Below, piece by piece: positions 48,941 to 62,459 of a stretch of DNA of 64,000 nt (positions within the stretch are counted from its first letter, which is position 1; the number at the start of each line of letters is the position of its first letter). The stretch comes from Octopus sinensis (taxonomy: Eukaryota): positions 41,354,001 through 41,418,000 of the forward strand of contig NC_043010.1 of NCBI RefSeq assembly GCF_006345805.1, read 5' to 3'. Position numbers and translations under genes: made by a program. The notes under the pieces were generated by a model. The model was not told the DNA's origin and ran no database searches. It saw only the letters and a list, made by a program, of their open reading frames with translations.

Positions 48941-49239
48941 TATACCTACTTGACGCTAATACCTACTTATGGCCACTGAGGTTCGTGCACTTGGTAAAAG
49001 TATCTGCTATCTTAGCTGCTGCCAACGAGAGCCCCACAAAAGACCTGGGCAACAATCCTCATTCTTATAACTGAGAGCGGAGCGATAGTCTGTGATGTTA
49101 TAAATATTTCGAAGGAAGTAGTCTTTCAGTAAATCTGTTTATTTTGGCATTAACTCCATTATCATTTATGCTATAAAAATCAAATGGTGGCTGCTAGAGT
49201 CTGCAACTACTAATGATGCCAAGGTAACCAAAAATTTCT

Positions 49240-50345
49240 GTGTAGATGACATGAGGATCTATGCTGATAGTATGGGCGTTATCACAAGAAGGGGCTGCCT
49301 TATCGAATATTTCCTTAAGTGAGGAGAGATTAGATACCCTATTGCTGATATTTGTAATAAGGTTTTTAAACACTGTGTGTGTGTGTGTGGTGTGTGTGTG
49401 TGTGTGTGTGTGCGCGCGAGAGAGCGTGTGTAACAAATCTGTTTGTGTATATACGTGAGATTTTCAGTAGATTCCTAGTAGGGCTTGTAAGAGAACAAGT
49501 TTAGGTCCTAGGAAGCATTTAAGAAATCGATTTTCAGTAATTTTGAAGCCTAATTGGCTAAAAGTAGAAATGAGATTTTTTTTCCTAAATTTATCAAGTG
49601 CATGCCAGTTGCAGCAGTGAGATATGTCTAATCCATCGTCATGGTATAGAACAATGTCATGAGTTGGGAACTTAGGTCTTAGTATAACTAATATAAAGAG
49701 ACCTACTATGTCTCAAATATCAACACTGTCATATGATCCCATCGATACACCAAACAAATCATCTGGTTCAGATGTTGTGACCCACGCTGAACGCCTACTG
49801 AAAAGGAGAGTTTTTTTGTGCATGAATGATAAAGTCAGGGTCTGTATGGTCCATAACGACATATTTTTTGAGAACTAAATTATCTTATCCTCAATATCAA
49901 ATTGTGTAAATCTACAACAGCTCGGTGCTTATCTTTTATATTCCCAAACCAGTCAATGCTATTTGCCCATTGTTGTAGGTTAGTAGTCTTCCTAATGTGA
50001 CTATTAATATTTCTTAGTATTCTGTGGCTACTAAACCCATTTCAGTCCTCACTGGCTTTATAAGTTTACAGGTGGGCTTATAACTAAAATTAGGTTTGTG
50101 ATCTTTTAAATTTATGAAAGCTTCCTTTTTAGACAAGCATTCTAATCTATCATCAATTTTATTTCGTTTAGCAAGCAACTTAGCCTTATCATTAATGTGT
50201 AGATGACATGAAGATCTATGATGATAGTCTAGTCTGGGCGTTACCACAAGAAGGGGCTGCCTTATCGAATATTTCCGTAAGTGAGGAGAGATTAGATACC
50301 CTATTGCTGATATTTGTAATAAGATTTTTAAACACTGTGTGTGTA
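49240..50345 (-). mobile_element. Naiad-type PLE RT remnant bounded by direct repeats of about 140 bp
   Basis: AFINLKDHKPNF..CKLIKP, eroded GSYD....DIVG, and KNLITNISNRVSNLSS..IFDKAAP. The last segment is present twice (about 49240-49380 and 50196-50342). Confidence 0.7.
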
Positions 50346-51254
50346 TGTGTTTTGTTAGCCTATACTTGTGTCATATCTATCTATGCTAACATAATTAGAA
50401 ATACACTACTATGTGGTAGAAGATACAATCTAGTGGCGTTAAAATATTGGCGGCCTATAGGGTTTTGGAATTGGTTGACGTTAGACTGGTCAGGTGCTGA
50501 CCGAGGCAACCGGTGTGGAGATGACAGATTCCATTCGGTGTGCGTGTCATACGTAACTGTGTGGTGTAATTTCAACTGGATACTGAAAGGCCACAAAACG
50601 GTTACATCGAAAGGAAGTAATCTCACTGTGGGAGATCAGTTTACTCTGCAATTGTTTGGATCTGCTAGAGTTAAGATTGTTTTTCTAGGATATCACCAGC
50701 TAATCTTTTGAAACTCACTGACAGGGTGTATATTTTGGTGACAACATCAGGATTGGTAAGTTTTCCTGATAATGGATACTGCAGGCTGCATTTTCTGTTG
50801 GAGGAAGAGTTAGAACTTCAGGTAAGTAAGGAGAGGCCATGGTAATGATGCTCCATGTTATATTGAGGAAGCCGTTTCTTTAATTTCGAAGTTTCTGGAT
50901 GAAGCAGGACAGAGAGGTAGAGTTTTGTTAGCTTATACAAACAAAAGAGGGCACATGATACATATATCACATCTTTTGAAAAGTAGCATCTTCTTCATTT
51001 ATTGTTGGCGGATTTCGGTACTTCCATTTAACATATCAATGTGTGTGTGTATGTATGTGTGCGTGTGTGTGTTTGCACGCGCGTATGTGTGTGTCATATT
51101 ATATAACGCGTGTTAAAGAGTTCTTTTCACTGGCGGTGCTCCAGCATGGCCACAGCCTAAGGACTGAAACGTGTAAAAGAAAAATAGTAGTTTTTGCCGT
51201 GGAGATGGTTCTGCTTTTGGGGATCAGGTTTGTCTCTGCCAGAGCTAACCAGTG

Positions 51255-51500
51255 TGGCATGCTATTATTCCAGAGCTTGTAGGTACAGGTTGATAAGATA
51301 TGGTCGGATGAAAGTTAACTTTTTGTGCCAGTGTCCAACAATCAAGTCTCTTCTAGGTGCTTTTCCATCCTGAAGTTTCTGGATTACAATCACAAGGATA
51401 TCACCATTAATGCTGTATATATTGACTATGATGCAGGGACAATAACTACCGATAATGACTACCGTTACTCTGGACCACCCAGCTCCCAGGAACAGCTGTT
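51255..51500 (-). mobile_element. R4/Dong-like RT N-terminal fragment
   Basis: IQKLQDGKAPRRDLIVGHWHKKL, paralogous to 52810-52930. Confidence 0.75.
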
Positions 51501-52102
51501 GGACACGTAAAACTCTACCCATCTAAATCCTGATATCAATTATATTCTGCAAGTCGCACTAACTTAGATCTATACGCATGTACATTTTTTCTATTAAATT
51601 TATTGAATATTCTGTGTAAATCGATTTGCCTAAATTGCTTGTCATTACATTTACTCATATATATGTGTGTGTGTGTGTGTGTGTGCGTGCGTATGTGTGT
51701 ACGTGTGTGTGCATGTGTGCGTTTCTGTGTGTGTGTGTGTATATATAATCTACATATATCAGTACACATATCAGTACATAAACATACGCTCACATGTACA
51801 TACACATATACACACACGCAGACACCTCTACACACTTACATACCTAAATACTCTCATACGTACATACATACATACATACATACATACATACATACATACA
51901 TACATACATACATACATACATACATACATACATGCGTATAGGCGTATACGCATGCATATGCATATACACATGCATACACACTACTTACAGGCACACATAC
52001 ACATACATACAAACATACATACACACATACATGCATACACACGCATACATATATACATACATTCGTATGTGCGTACATATATTACATACATACACACGCA
52101 CA

Positions 52103-52134
<32 letters not shown>

Positions 52135-52199
52135 AAAAATAACTTTGGCTTTGAAGGACTCACTCGAGGAGAGCGTATTCTCAATCAAAGTAAGTAAAA

Positions 52200-53125
52200 A
52201 AAAGAATCACCAGATACGGTATTAAAAGCTGTTAACGAAATTGGTGATGAGTAATTACAAGAGTGTGATGAACTCACAGATTAACGCCTGTCTATATGCT
52301 CTGGCAACTACTATAAAACAGTACATGAATAATATTCAAAAAGTAAACAAAACCGAAATAACAAAGTACTATCGTGGGTTTTGAAGACAGAGAAAAAAAT
52401 AACTAGTTTACGGAAGACCATCAGTCATGTAATGATGCTTATTGCATGCAAACAAGCAAATCATTATATGTCCCAGCAACAGAAAGTAAAGAAGAAGATA
52501 GAAATGATGTTTGGAGACAGCAAAAGGAGAACATTCACTTGCAAACTGGTTACCCTCAAGAGAATAACCGAAAAAAAAAACAATAAACAAAATAATATTT
52601 AACTGCAACCAGACAGCAGTATACAGAGACATGAGAGGAGGAACAGTAAACATCACTGAAGCTCCTTCACAAGAAGACATAGACTCCTTTTGGAGGAAAA
52701 TCTGGAATAAAGAGAAGGAATTTAACCAAGATGTTCTGTGGCTTGAAGAAATCAAAAAAAGTTGCTCCTGCATTACATCCAAGACATACAACAATCATGG
52801 GGAAACTCTTGCAACTGTGATTCAGAAACTCCAGAATGGAAAAGCACCTGGAAGAGACTTGATTGTTGGTTATTGGTACAAGAAGCTAACATTCTACCGA
52901 CCATATCTTATTAATCCGTACCAGCAAGCTTTTACTGGGAACAGTAGCATATCACACTGGTTAGCTCTGGCAGAGACAAAATTGATCCCCAAATACAGAA
53001 CCACCCACATGGCAAAAAACTACCGGTCAATTGCATGCCAGAACTTAATGTATAAAATATGTACAGCATGTTTAAACCTCTTCCTCTAGGACCTCTGTGA
53101 AACCAATAACATTATCACAGCAGAA
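52200..53125 (+). mobile_element. R4/Dong-like LINE fragment (pre-RT and RT start)
   Basis: IDSFWRKIW, KAPGRDLIVGYWYK, TKLIPK...NYRSIACQNLMYKI. Confidence 0.85.
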
Positions 53126-53199
53126 CAATAACCACCGGCTTAAGCTCAGACCTCATGAGTACTTCGAAGTGTCTGCTATATAGAGAACACCTGTTTGAA

Positions 53200-54345
53200 T
53201 AACTTTTGTCAATGTTATGATTTTTTCCTTTTGACATTTGATAGCCGTTACTTTTAGCTTACTATAGAAGCTAATTGCGCGTAATTTTGTTTACAGCTTT
53301 TAGTTCAATGTCAATTTTAACACGGAGTTCAAAAACAAACATTTTCGCCATATTTTACTTTTTTATTTCCATAAAGGCAAGAAAGCCGCTGAAGCTCACA
53401 AAGAGATATGTGAAGTTTATGGTGTTGATTGCTTAACAAAAAGCACATATCAGAAATGGTTTAAAAAATTCCGTTCTGGAGATTTTTCACTCAAAGATGG
53501 CCAATATTCTGACCGACCTACGGAAGTTTATGATGACTCAATCAAAGCCATAATTGAATCTGATTGTCATATAAGTGTGCGAGAGACTGCCGAGAGGTTA
53601 AATGTATCACACACAATAACTGAAAACCACTTAAAATGTCTTGGACTCATTAAGAAGCTAGATATTTGGGTTCCACAAATTGAAAGAAATTCACTTAACA
53701 CAGCGAACCAATATTTGTGATATGCATCTCAAACGCAATGAAATGGACACGTCTTTGAAATGAATCACAACTGGTGATGAAAAATGGATTGTCTACAATA
53801 ACATCAATCGAAAACGATCATGGTCGAAGCGTAATGAACCAGCACAGACCACATCGAAAGCTGAATTGCATAAAAAGGTCATATCAATTTAGTGGGATTA
53901 AAAAGGTGTTGTGTATTTTAAGCTACTTCCAAGGAACCAAACGATCAATTCAGATGTTTACTGTAATAACTAATGAAACTAGAGAAAGCATTCAAAGACA
54001 AACGGCCATATTTGGTAAATCGTAAAGGAATCGTGTTCCACCATGACAACGCTAGTCCACACACGTCTTTGCTAACTTGTAAAAAATTACTGAAGCTTGG
54101 TTGGGAAGTGATGTCACAGCCACCATATAGCCTTAACCTTGCACCACCAGATTACCATTTATTTCGAAGTTTGCACAATACTTTGAATGGTAAAACTTTC
54201 AATAATGATGATGACCTGAAATCGCACGTGCTTCAGTTTTTGGCTGATAATGACCAGAAGTTCTATAAACGCAGAATCATGAAGTTGCCAGAAAGATGGC
54301 AAAAGGTCATCGACCAAAATGGAAAATATATATAATTGATTTAAG
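53200..54345 (+). mobile_element. Mariner (DD34D) transposase pseudogene
   Basis: KHFRHILLFYFHKGKKAAEAH..ICEVYG, W.PQ.L, TGDEKWI.Y, HDNASPH-(34)-D, LPERWQKV. Multiple frameshifts and stops. No clear TIRs. Confidence 0.9.
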
Positions 54346-54349
54346 TTCA

Positions 54350-55060
54350 TTATTTGTATCTTATGGGGATATCCTTGATCAATTCTCTAAAGTGAGCGCA
54401 ATTTTTCACATACGATGTTGACTTACCTGCTAATGGACTAATAATATTCACAAGGAAGCGGTTCAGTGGATAACATGTCCGAACCTCTATAGCTCACGAT
54501 AGGTCATAATGGGATACCATCCTTATGAATCTTAGGAAGACCGTACATGTGCGGCAGCTTACTGTAGTGTTGGGTCAATTGTCTGTACTTCATTGGTATG
54601 AAGCGATCCTCGTTCTTGATTAAGATCTGTGACAACTACCTCAGTTTTCAAAGTTGGGTCTTTCTTTATTTTGCTGCAGTTACCATCACTTATGAGGCTT
54701 TTACAGAATATTCAGACTTGTGACTTTATATTCTTTTGCTATTCTAATCCACCTTTTCAGGGCGAACCACCATTTATTGTTGATGATTGCCCCCGTCAAC
54801 TCTCACTTATGTAGTTCACTAACCCAGCCTCTGAAATCTTTGCGCGCCAGCAACGCCGCTTCAGCTTCCAGTAACTGGATTCCTGTCTTTAGAGCCTATT
54901 TAATTCGATTGTAAAGATCACGAATTTGTGGTCTGCATAGTCGACTACATTAAGTTGTGGACAACTTATGCTATTCTTATGGGTATCTCTACAGAATACC
55001 CTGTCTAGATACGATCTGGATGACCCGATGCAGTTTGATCAGCTCCACACTGGCACATCA
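54350..55060 (-). mobile_element. Penelope-like RT N-terminal fragment
   Basis: PHMYGLPKIHKDGIPL.PIVS at about 54490-54550. Confidence 0.75.
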
Positions 55061-56045
55061 GGAAAAATCCAGTCAATATCTGTCAGACAGTTGAAATAGT
55101 CTGAGCAGATTTGTGAAGCTTTTGCACCCTCTTCTTCAGTCTGCTAAACCCACACACTCCCACAGTACATCTAAGACTCCATTCTGATCTCTCCCTAACG
55201 TTAAAGAGTGGGACGTTCCCAGAAAAGTTTCCAGATGCCTGAAGAAATCTGGTCGTCCTGACCCTGCCGGGCATAGAAGGCAACTAGCCGGAAAGTAAGT
55301 CCTTCGCTGCCGGTCACGTCCAGTACCACCAACTTACTTTCCAGATCCTGGAAGATCATTCGGATTGCTAGATCCACATTTTTCCGAACCATCATGACAA
55401 CCCCGCCTCCTGCATCCAGATTACTTGGAGATGCATACATTTCAGTCGCCGAAAATAGATTGGAAGTACGGTGAGTCGGAAATTCTGGTTTCACTAATGG
55501 CTACCACATCGATGTTCAGTGACCTGAAGTCGTTGAGCAGGTGACCCCCCTTCCAAGGTGACCCAGGCAACGTGCATTCACGCTGCCTATTCTGAGTACG
55601 ATCATGTTGGGAAAAGAATAAGAAAGAAAAAGAAAAATGAGTTTTGTTTGGAGGGGCAGTTTGTCCGTCCCTCCAGTTGGATTAGTGATGTTACCTCGGA
55701 AATTCCGATCTCTTTTGGGAATTTGGTTTTTTGGCGTGTCATGTGTCTTGAGTTGTTTGAATTATTGCTATGCATGTAGGTAGGGACGCCCAAGGCTTCC
55801 TCATGAGCGTCGCACTTTCCCGTCACTAATCATCTATTGAACGCTAAAGCGGACTTTCCATCTATCGTAGTGTCCGACTGACTGAGGGTTGTAAGCTCTT
55901 GTAGAAATTCCACTTTCCAAATGCCTTCTCTCGGTTTCTGTTTGACATCGGGATGCAGCTCCGTTAAGAAGCCCATCTTTGAAAACACGTGTCTGGCGAA
56001 CGGCGACCACACCTGTTCACCGTCAAGGAAGCGCTGGAGTTGCCA
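55060..56045 (-). mobile_element. L1/Tx1-like LINE fragment (ORF1 end + APE endonuclease)
   Basis: DFRSLNIDVVAISET, GGGVVMMVRKN...KLVVLDV....FRLVAFYA. Confidence 0.75.
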
Positions 56046-56049
56046 TAAC

Positions 56050-56364
56050 CTTAGTTGAGTTAGGCTTATTTATTGTTTCTAAAAGTGTGTAAATGTGTGG
56101 ATTTCACTTTCGGTGGCCCCTATATAAATATATTTATTGTATTGCGTTGTGATCGAGCATTGGTAGATTGTACTTTTTCTTTTACATGTATTTTCAAGAG
56201 CACAATTATTTTTATTTCTGAAGTTACACATGTTGTACATGTTATTGTGTGGGGTAGAGTTATTTATTTACTAGAGAAATGGTTATTATTAGTAGTACTG
56301 TTATAGTTTACAGAGTTATTAGAGTTGTTATTACTTGTATTATGTTTGGGTAGTTAGAGTAATT

Positions 56365-56438
<74 letters not shown>

Positions 56439-58045
56439 TATTATTATTATTATTATTATTTAAGTAAAATATATCTAGTTTTTTTTTAATTATTTGATGA
56501 GGCTATGATGTTAGCTACGTTATGGGTTAAACTATCTTAATTGTTTTACAGTTAATAATTTCAAAATATCTATTTTTTGTATTAAAATGCTTATTAATAA
56601 TCCTGAATACAGATTTGACTAGGTTTGTTTTAAGTTGTACAGCATAAGGGATTATAAGCCAATTATGATCGTTGGTTCTTTCAATGTTGTTATAATACGT
56701 CACGGGCGTGTTGCTGTGCGCATGATAAATGTTGTGTTTGTGTTCTTTACTAATTTCCATTTTTTTATCTCTATAATAGGTAATTATTGGTGATTCAGTG
56801 ATCTTTCAGTTTACAATAATCACTGCTATTGATATAGCGATTTATGTTATTAATATTATTATTTGTACATTGTTTATTTATGTTCCTTTCGTTAACATTG
56901 TTATTTGTTTTATTATTTTTATATTCATGTTAGTGTTGGGGACCATGGGTTTCTGCATTTTTTGTTTAATTTAGATTTATGTGTGTTATTACTATTATTA
57001 CCATTCCTATTATTACCATTACTAATCCCGTTATCGTTGTACGGTCTATAGTATTTTATTTTACTTTTATATCCCACGTTTTTTAAGGTAATGTTGTATT
57101 GGTCCTTGTGTTTATTAAATATGTCGTCATTAGAAGAAAGATAAGTTAATCTCTTACTAATATTTTTTATAAGAGCCTCTTTGATTGATCTAGGGTGATC
57201 ACTTTGAGAATGTATGTATTTTAGGTTGGAGTTAGGTTTCATGAAAGGTTCATGTAGCCCAGTAGCTTAGTTACAGTTGACGTCAAGATAGTTAATCGGG
57301 TTATTTTCATTCTCTAATTATAGAAAGGCCAAATGTTTTTAAGAATTTATTCAGGTGTTTCTTGAATAATTCTAGGCGTCGGTAAGAGGTATTTCTTTCT
57401 ATATAAAGAGTGTCATCCATGTATAGTCTCCACCCACAAATTCCAGGAATTCATTATTTAGGTTATCATGTTGATTCCTACAAGGTCGGTCACCTGTGCG
57501 GAGTCTTGCGTGTCCATTGTTATATCAGAATAATTAGGAGTATCCTTTCTAGCCCCCAATTTATTATCAAATTCAAGAATAGATTTACGAGTGGTGAGGA
57601 TTACGTTAATTTCCTTCATGCTAACCTTTGTATGGTTCCTAGCAAAAATACGGGCACTATTTCAAATCGTAGGATTAATGGAGGACTAATAATTTTCAAT
57701 GTGTATCTGTAAGAATTTGTGTTTGTCTTTCTGTTGTATTTTACAGAACCAGTTTATTGTGTTTTGTGTATTAGGCCATAATTCTAGCTTAATCTGGTTT
57801 CTAAGGGTAGGTATATACTTATCTAAAATTACTTTACTAAGTTTGCCTAAATCTGATTTACTGGGACAAATTAATTTAACCTTAGTGTTAGTTAGAAAAT
57901 TCTCTTTATGGTCTTTAATAGTAATATGTGATCTAATGGGTGTGAAAGGTTGTTTTATCATCAATGTAGTAATCAGCCATTAATTTTTTAGCGTTTAAGT
58001 TAATTAGTCTGAGAGTGCTTCTGTATATAGCCACTATTGAATTAA
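56050..58045 (-). mobile_element. Naiad-type Penelope-like element (RT, Asn-rich linker, GIY-YIG), degenerate
   Basis: ITIKDHKENF..KLICPSKSDLGK..W.NT...INWF, YIHSQSDHP..IKNISKRL..SS, W.IIPY....TN, then CNFRNKNNCAL..TC...IYQC...YIGATE. Confidence 0.82.
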
Positions 58046-58739
58046 TTAATTCAATAGTGGCTATATACACTCTTAGCCGCTAGTGTAATGCATGAACATT
58101 TAAATTACTTGATAATCAATATTTACTCCCCCACCTATACCTTTATCACTCTTAACTTTTTAATTCAAGGTTGATGCTTCTAAAATTCACCGACATAAGC
58201 AACTTTTAGGGCCCCTTCGATCATCTACACATTGTTTACATTCTTACTACAGTAAGTAACGGTTTCCTTATGACCTGCCTTTTGTTTTTGAAAATTAACT
58301 GACCAATTGTATCCCCCTACTGTCCGGTCCAGACCAGGAGTTGTTTCAGGTATACAACCTACTTATAATAATTAGTATAATGCATATGAAATCAATTATA
58401 GTAAATTATAGTCAACTGTTATTGTTTATTTCTTTAACTACCGGTATTTCTAAGTATTTTTCTTACTTTTTCACTTTATTTTTCGACTTTACTAAATTGC
58501 TCATTTTATATATCTATCTCACGCCTTCCCCACCCCCGTATATTGGAATGTACCATTTAATATTACAACTACCCCTTATTCTATTTCTAATTTCCGGTCG
58601 GTCGAAAGTTTCAAAGTGGGTCAGCATGTAGCACCAATAGATTATAACCGTTCTCACTTCCTCTTTCTTTTTCTTTTTACCTATATTTTATTTATTTTTC
58701 CACTCTGATGAAGTTTCGTGATTCAATTTGGTATAAATA

Positions 58740-60001
58740 TTGGGTTGTCAGGAAAATTCGTGTCGATTTATAGTAGCTTACCTTTTGATTTATTTTAGAA
58801 CAGGGTTGAGTTCATAAAATAGGATTTGACTACACCTCCATTTAGAGCACAGTTTAAGCTATCTTTTCGTAGAAGAAGGTTTATGTTCCTATAACCTGTG
58901 TTAATTCTGTAACCCTTTAAAATGGAAGATTAGAAAGTTCATTTTCGGCACTTGATGCTTTTCTTTTTCCGTAAAGGGGAAAATGCCTCACAGGCAACCA
59001 AAGAAATATGCGCAGTTTATGGTGATGTTTCTTTATCCGAAAGAACTGTACGGAAGTGGTTCGCAAGGTTCTGAGCGGGAGATTGTAGCCTTATTGATAA
59101 AGAGCGATCAGGCAGACCGTCAACTACAGATGATGACCAACTCAAGTCATTAACTGAGAATAGCCAACATTGTACAACCCGAGAATTGGCAGAAAGTCTC
59201 AACCTATCAAAATCCGTCGTTCATGAGCACCTGGTAAAGATTGGGTACACTAATCGCTACGATGCTTGGGTACCACATGAGTTGAGTGAGAAGAACCTTT
59301 TGAATCGCATTTCCATCTATAAACGGAATGAAAACGCGCCTTTTTTAAAGCAAATAGTGACAGGTGATGAGAAACGGATTATCAACCAAAATGTTCAGAG
59401 AAAGTGATCCTGGAGTAAGCGACATGAGCCACCCCCAACGCGGGTCTTCACCCTAAAAAAGTCTTGCTTTGTGTCTGGTGTGATTGGAAAGGAATTATGT
59501 ACTGTGATCTTCTCCTAAGTAACCAGACAATTAATTCTGAGAAATACTGCATACAACTGGACGAGTTAAAAGCATCAATTCAAGAGAAACGTCCAGAATT
59601 GGCCAACAGTAAGGGTGTTGTTTTCCAACATGATGATGCAAGACCGCACGTTTCTTTGGGAACCGGACAAAAATTGCTGCAGCTCATCTGGGATGTGTTA
59701 CGCCACCCTCCATATTCACCAGATATTCCTCCTTCGGATTTCCACGTATTCAGGTCTCTGCAGAACAGTCTTAATGGTAAAAATTTCAATTCCTTGGATG
59801 GCATAAAAAGATACCTTGAGGAATTCTTTGCTATGAAACCACCTCAGTTCTGGGAAGAGGGTATTTTCAAGTTAAAGGAAAGATGGAGACGCATTGTGCA
59901 GCAAAATGGTTCATATTTGGCTGATTAAAAATGTAATGGCAAGTATTTATTGACCCTTTTCTTTCCTTTAAAAATCGGCACGAACTTTCCGGACAACCCA
60001 A
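58740..60001 (+). mobile_element. Full-length (1262 bp) mariner DD34D element, inactive
   Basis: TA|TTGGGTTGTCAGGAAAATTCGTGTCGATTT ... AAATCGGCACGAACTTTCCGGACAACCCAA|TA. The transposase (about 58922-59928) has WVPHEL, TGDEK and HDDARPH-(34)-D, with stops and frameshifts. Confidence 0.93.
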
Positions 60002-60099
60002 TAATTACCTACAATGATAACTATCATTACTATTATTGTGGCAGCTAGAACTGAGAATCATGTTAACTGAAGCAGCTGTAAGTCGAGATTATGTCTTTT

Positions 60100-61675
60100 T
60101 AAAAACTAATTAATGCTATTTTTCTGTTTTGAGGAATTTTGATCTGGGATCTGTGCAGAGCCATCGTTTGACGTAGACTATTTTTGTTTGGCCTATGTAT
60201 TGCTCTTGACACCCAGTGCAGGTTAGTGCGCATATCAGGTTCTCCGAAGCACACGTGAAGCTGCTTTTCACTGTGAAACGTTGTCCCTGTTTGAAGGAGA
60301 ACTCTGATCCTTCAATTAAATTGACGCATATCCCAGTTGGGTCTTCCGCATTTGTTACTAACGGCTTCTGTGTTGTTGTTGAGCGTATTCGGGCTTGTGT
60401 TAGGAGACTTTTCATAGATTTGAGCTGTCTCTTGCTTTTTATGATGGTGTGTGTTTGGAGGATTAAGTTCATTTTGTGGTCCTTTTTTTAGCAGGGGAAT
60501 GTTTTGAAGGTTGGTGTCGAAGGCTTCATTGTTAAGAGGGATGTGTGTGATGTATAGTAGGGCTTTTGGTTGTAAATCTTTTATTTGGAATGTCTGAGTT
60601 CGTGGATGTTGAGTTGTAGGGCACATTGAAAGCGTATGTCAATTAGTGAAGGTGGGTAGTTCTTTGTGATGAGTGTATCCCTTAGTTCATGTACTCGTGT
60701 GTCTCTGGTGCTTGCATTAGAAACTATAGTACATACCCTTTTTTCTAGGTTGAAGGGAATATTCATTCTTATTTCTTTATTGCTCACAAGGAGCTAAACA
60801 TAGAGGGGACAAACAAGGACAGACAAACGGATTAAGTTGATTATATCGACCCCAGTGCGTAACTGCTATTTAATTCATCGACCCCGAAAGGATGAAAGGA
60901 AAAGTCGACCCCGGCGGAATTTGAACTCAGAACGTAGCGGCAGATGAAATTTCGTAAAGCATTTCGCCCGGCGTGCTAACGTTTCTGCCAGCTCACCGCC
61001 AGAATATTCATTCTGATGTGTCTGGGGTGGCATGAGTTGAACGGTAGATATTGCTTGGAGTCCGTAGGCTTATAGTTTATATCTGCTTCTATTACGTTGT
61101 TAGATCTCTTAATGAGGATGTCGAGGAAAGGAAGTTGTTGATGGCTATATTCCATCGTGAATTGAATGTTTACGTCAAGTCCATTTGTTAGTGCTTGGAA
61201 TTCTTTAAGTCTCTCTATACTTTCATGCCAAAGAATGAAACAGTCATCCAGGTATCTCTCCCAGTTATTTTCTATGTAGAGGGAGAATGGACTGCCGTAT
61301 TTTTCTAGAACCTTACGATAAAGACTAATCTCTAGATATCCCATGGCTAGGTTAGCAAAGGCTAGAGAATTACGCCAACGAACTCCCACATCGCATCAAA
61401 AAAGAATTCGTGATAGAAGGGCTAAAGTTCATCTTGGAGAATAACTACTTCGTCTTCAAAGACAACTTCTGTCGACAAAAATCGGGCACTGCGATGGCTA
61501 CGAGAATGCCCCACCTCCTTTGTTAACCTAGTCATAGGATATCTAGAAATTAGTCTTTATCGTAAGGTTCTAGAAAAATACGGTAGCCAATTCTCCCTCT
61601 ACATAGAAAATAGCTGGAAGAGATACCTGGATGACTGTTTCATTCTTTGGCATGAAAGTATAGAGAGACTTAACT
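60100..61675 (-). mobile_element. Penelope-like element (RT + GIY-YIG) with a 5' inverted segment
   Basis: FANLAMGYLE..WERYLDDCF..FTME...LPFLD..KPTDSKQYL.FNSCHP, and FTC.SENLI..LTC.GC.EQYIGQT. 61390-61675 is RT on the plus strand. Confidence 0.88.
60770..61001 (-). mobile_element. Full-length family-1 SINE with a 13-bp TSD, inserted in the PLE
   Basis: GAATATTCATTCT at 60757-60769 and 61002-61014. The PLE frame (..HIRMNI|PFNL..) resumes across it. Confidence 0.92.
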
Positions 61676-62230
61676 GACTGAAACAAGTAAATAAATAAGT
61701 GATAAAAGATATGTCTATTGCTGTCTTTGAGGGGTTTTCCCTTTGTCTTAATCAACTCTATTTGAGTAATAATTCTTTGGTATCAAACTTGTCAATGAAA
61801 CACCTGAACATGACATATTGATCTACTGTAGACTTTTCATGCATCAACATCATAATACACTGTGTGAGGACCAGTAAGTCAAAAAATAGATCCAACATTT
61901 CCTTTGTGGGTTGTAAGCGGTGGCAAAAACAGGCTGAGGTAAGATTTGCACTTCGGACCTCATAAAACCCTCACCAACAACGACTACTCAAACAGACTTA
62001 TGGGCTGGAGGGTTGTCACCTGAGTGATGCAAATATATTAACTGCCAGGAGTGGGGACTCACCAACAAATGGTGGATGCAGCAACATGCTGTTAAAGTGC
62101 ATGCCTCCATACCACAATTGCTAGTCTCATATGAGACTATGTTACAGAATCTTTTAGGCTTTGTATGTAAGGTGTAATATATCAGCGCAAATGTCCTGGA
62201 CTTAAACAGCAATAATTTCCCCAGCCAAGT

Positions 62231-62270
<40 letters not shown>

Positions 62271-62459
62271 ATGTATCTATCGATTTATCTATCTATATAT
62301 TGAGGGAAAAACAAGGAGAAAAATGGAGAATAAATGGATGTGACTACTGATTCATTTGCATGTTGTAGAAAGATGATGTTTTTAATAAAAAAAAATCACT
62401 ACAAATAAATTGGAAGTTGAAAGCTCAACACAGTTAAGAAAAAAAACGTAAGAAGAACC

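Noticed and set aside
56050-56370. Possible selenocysteine (in-frame TGA) in the Naiad endonuclease, as reported for some Naiads
   Set aside because: The Cys-rich segment CNFRNKNNCALENTC...YQC uses TGT/TGC codons. I saw no in-frame TGA there and no evident SECIS.
58700-58737. CTGATGA next to the mariner, considered as a hammerhead
   Set aside because: No downstream GAAA core or stems, even after removing the mariner insertion.
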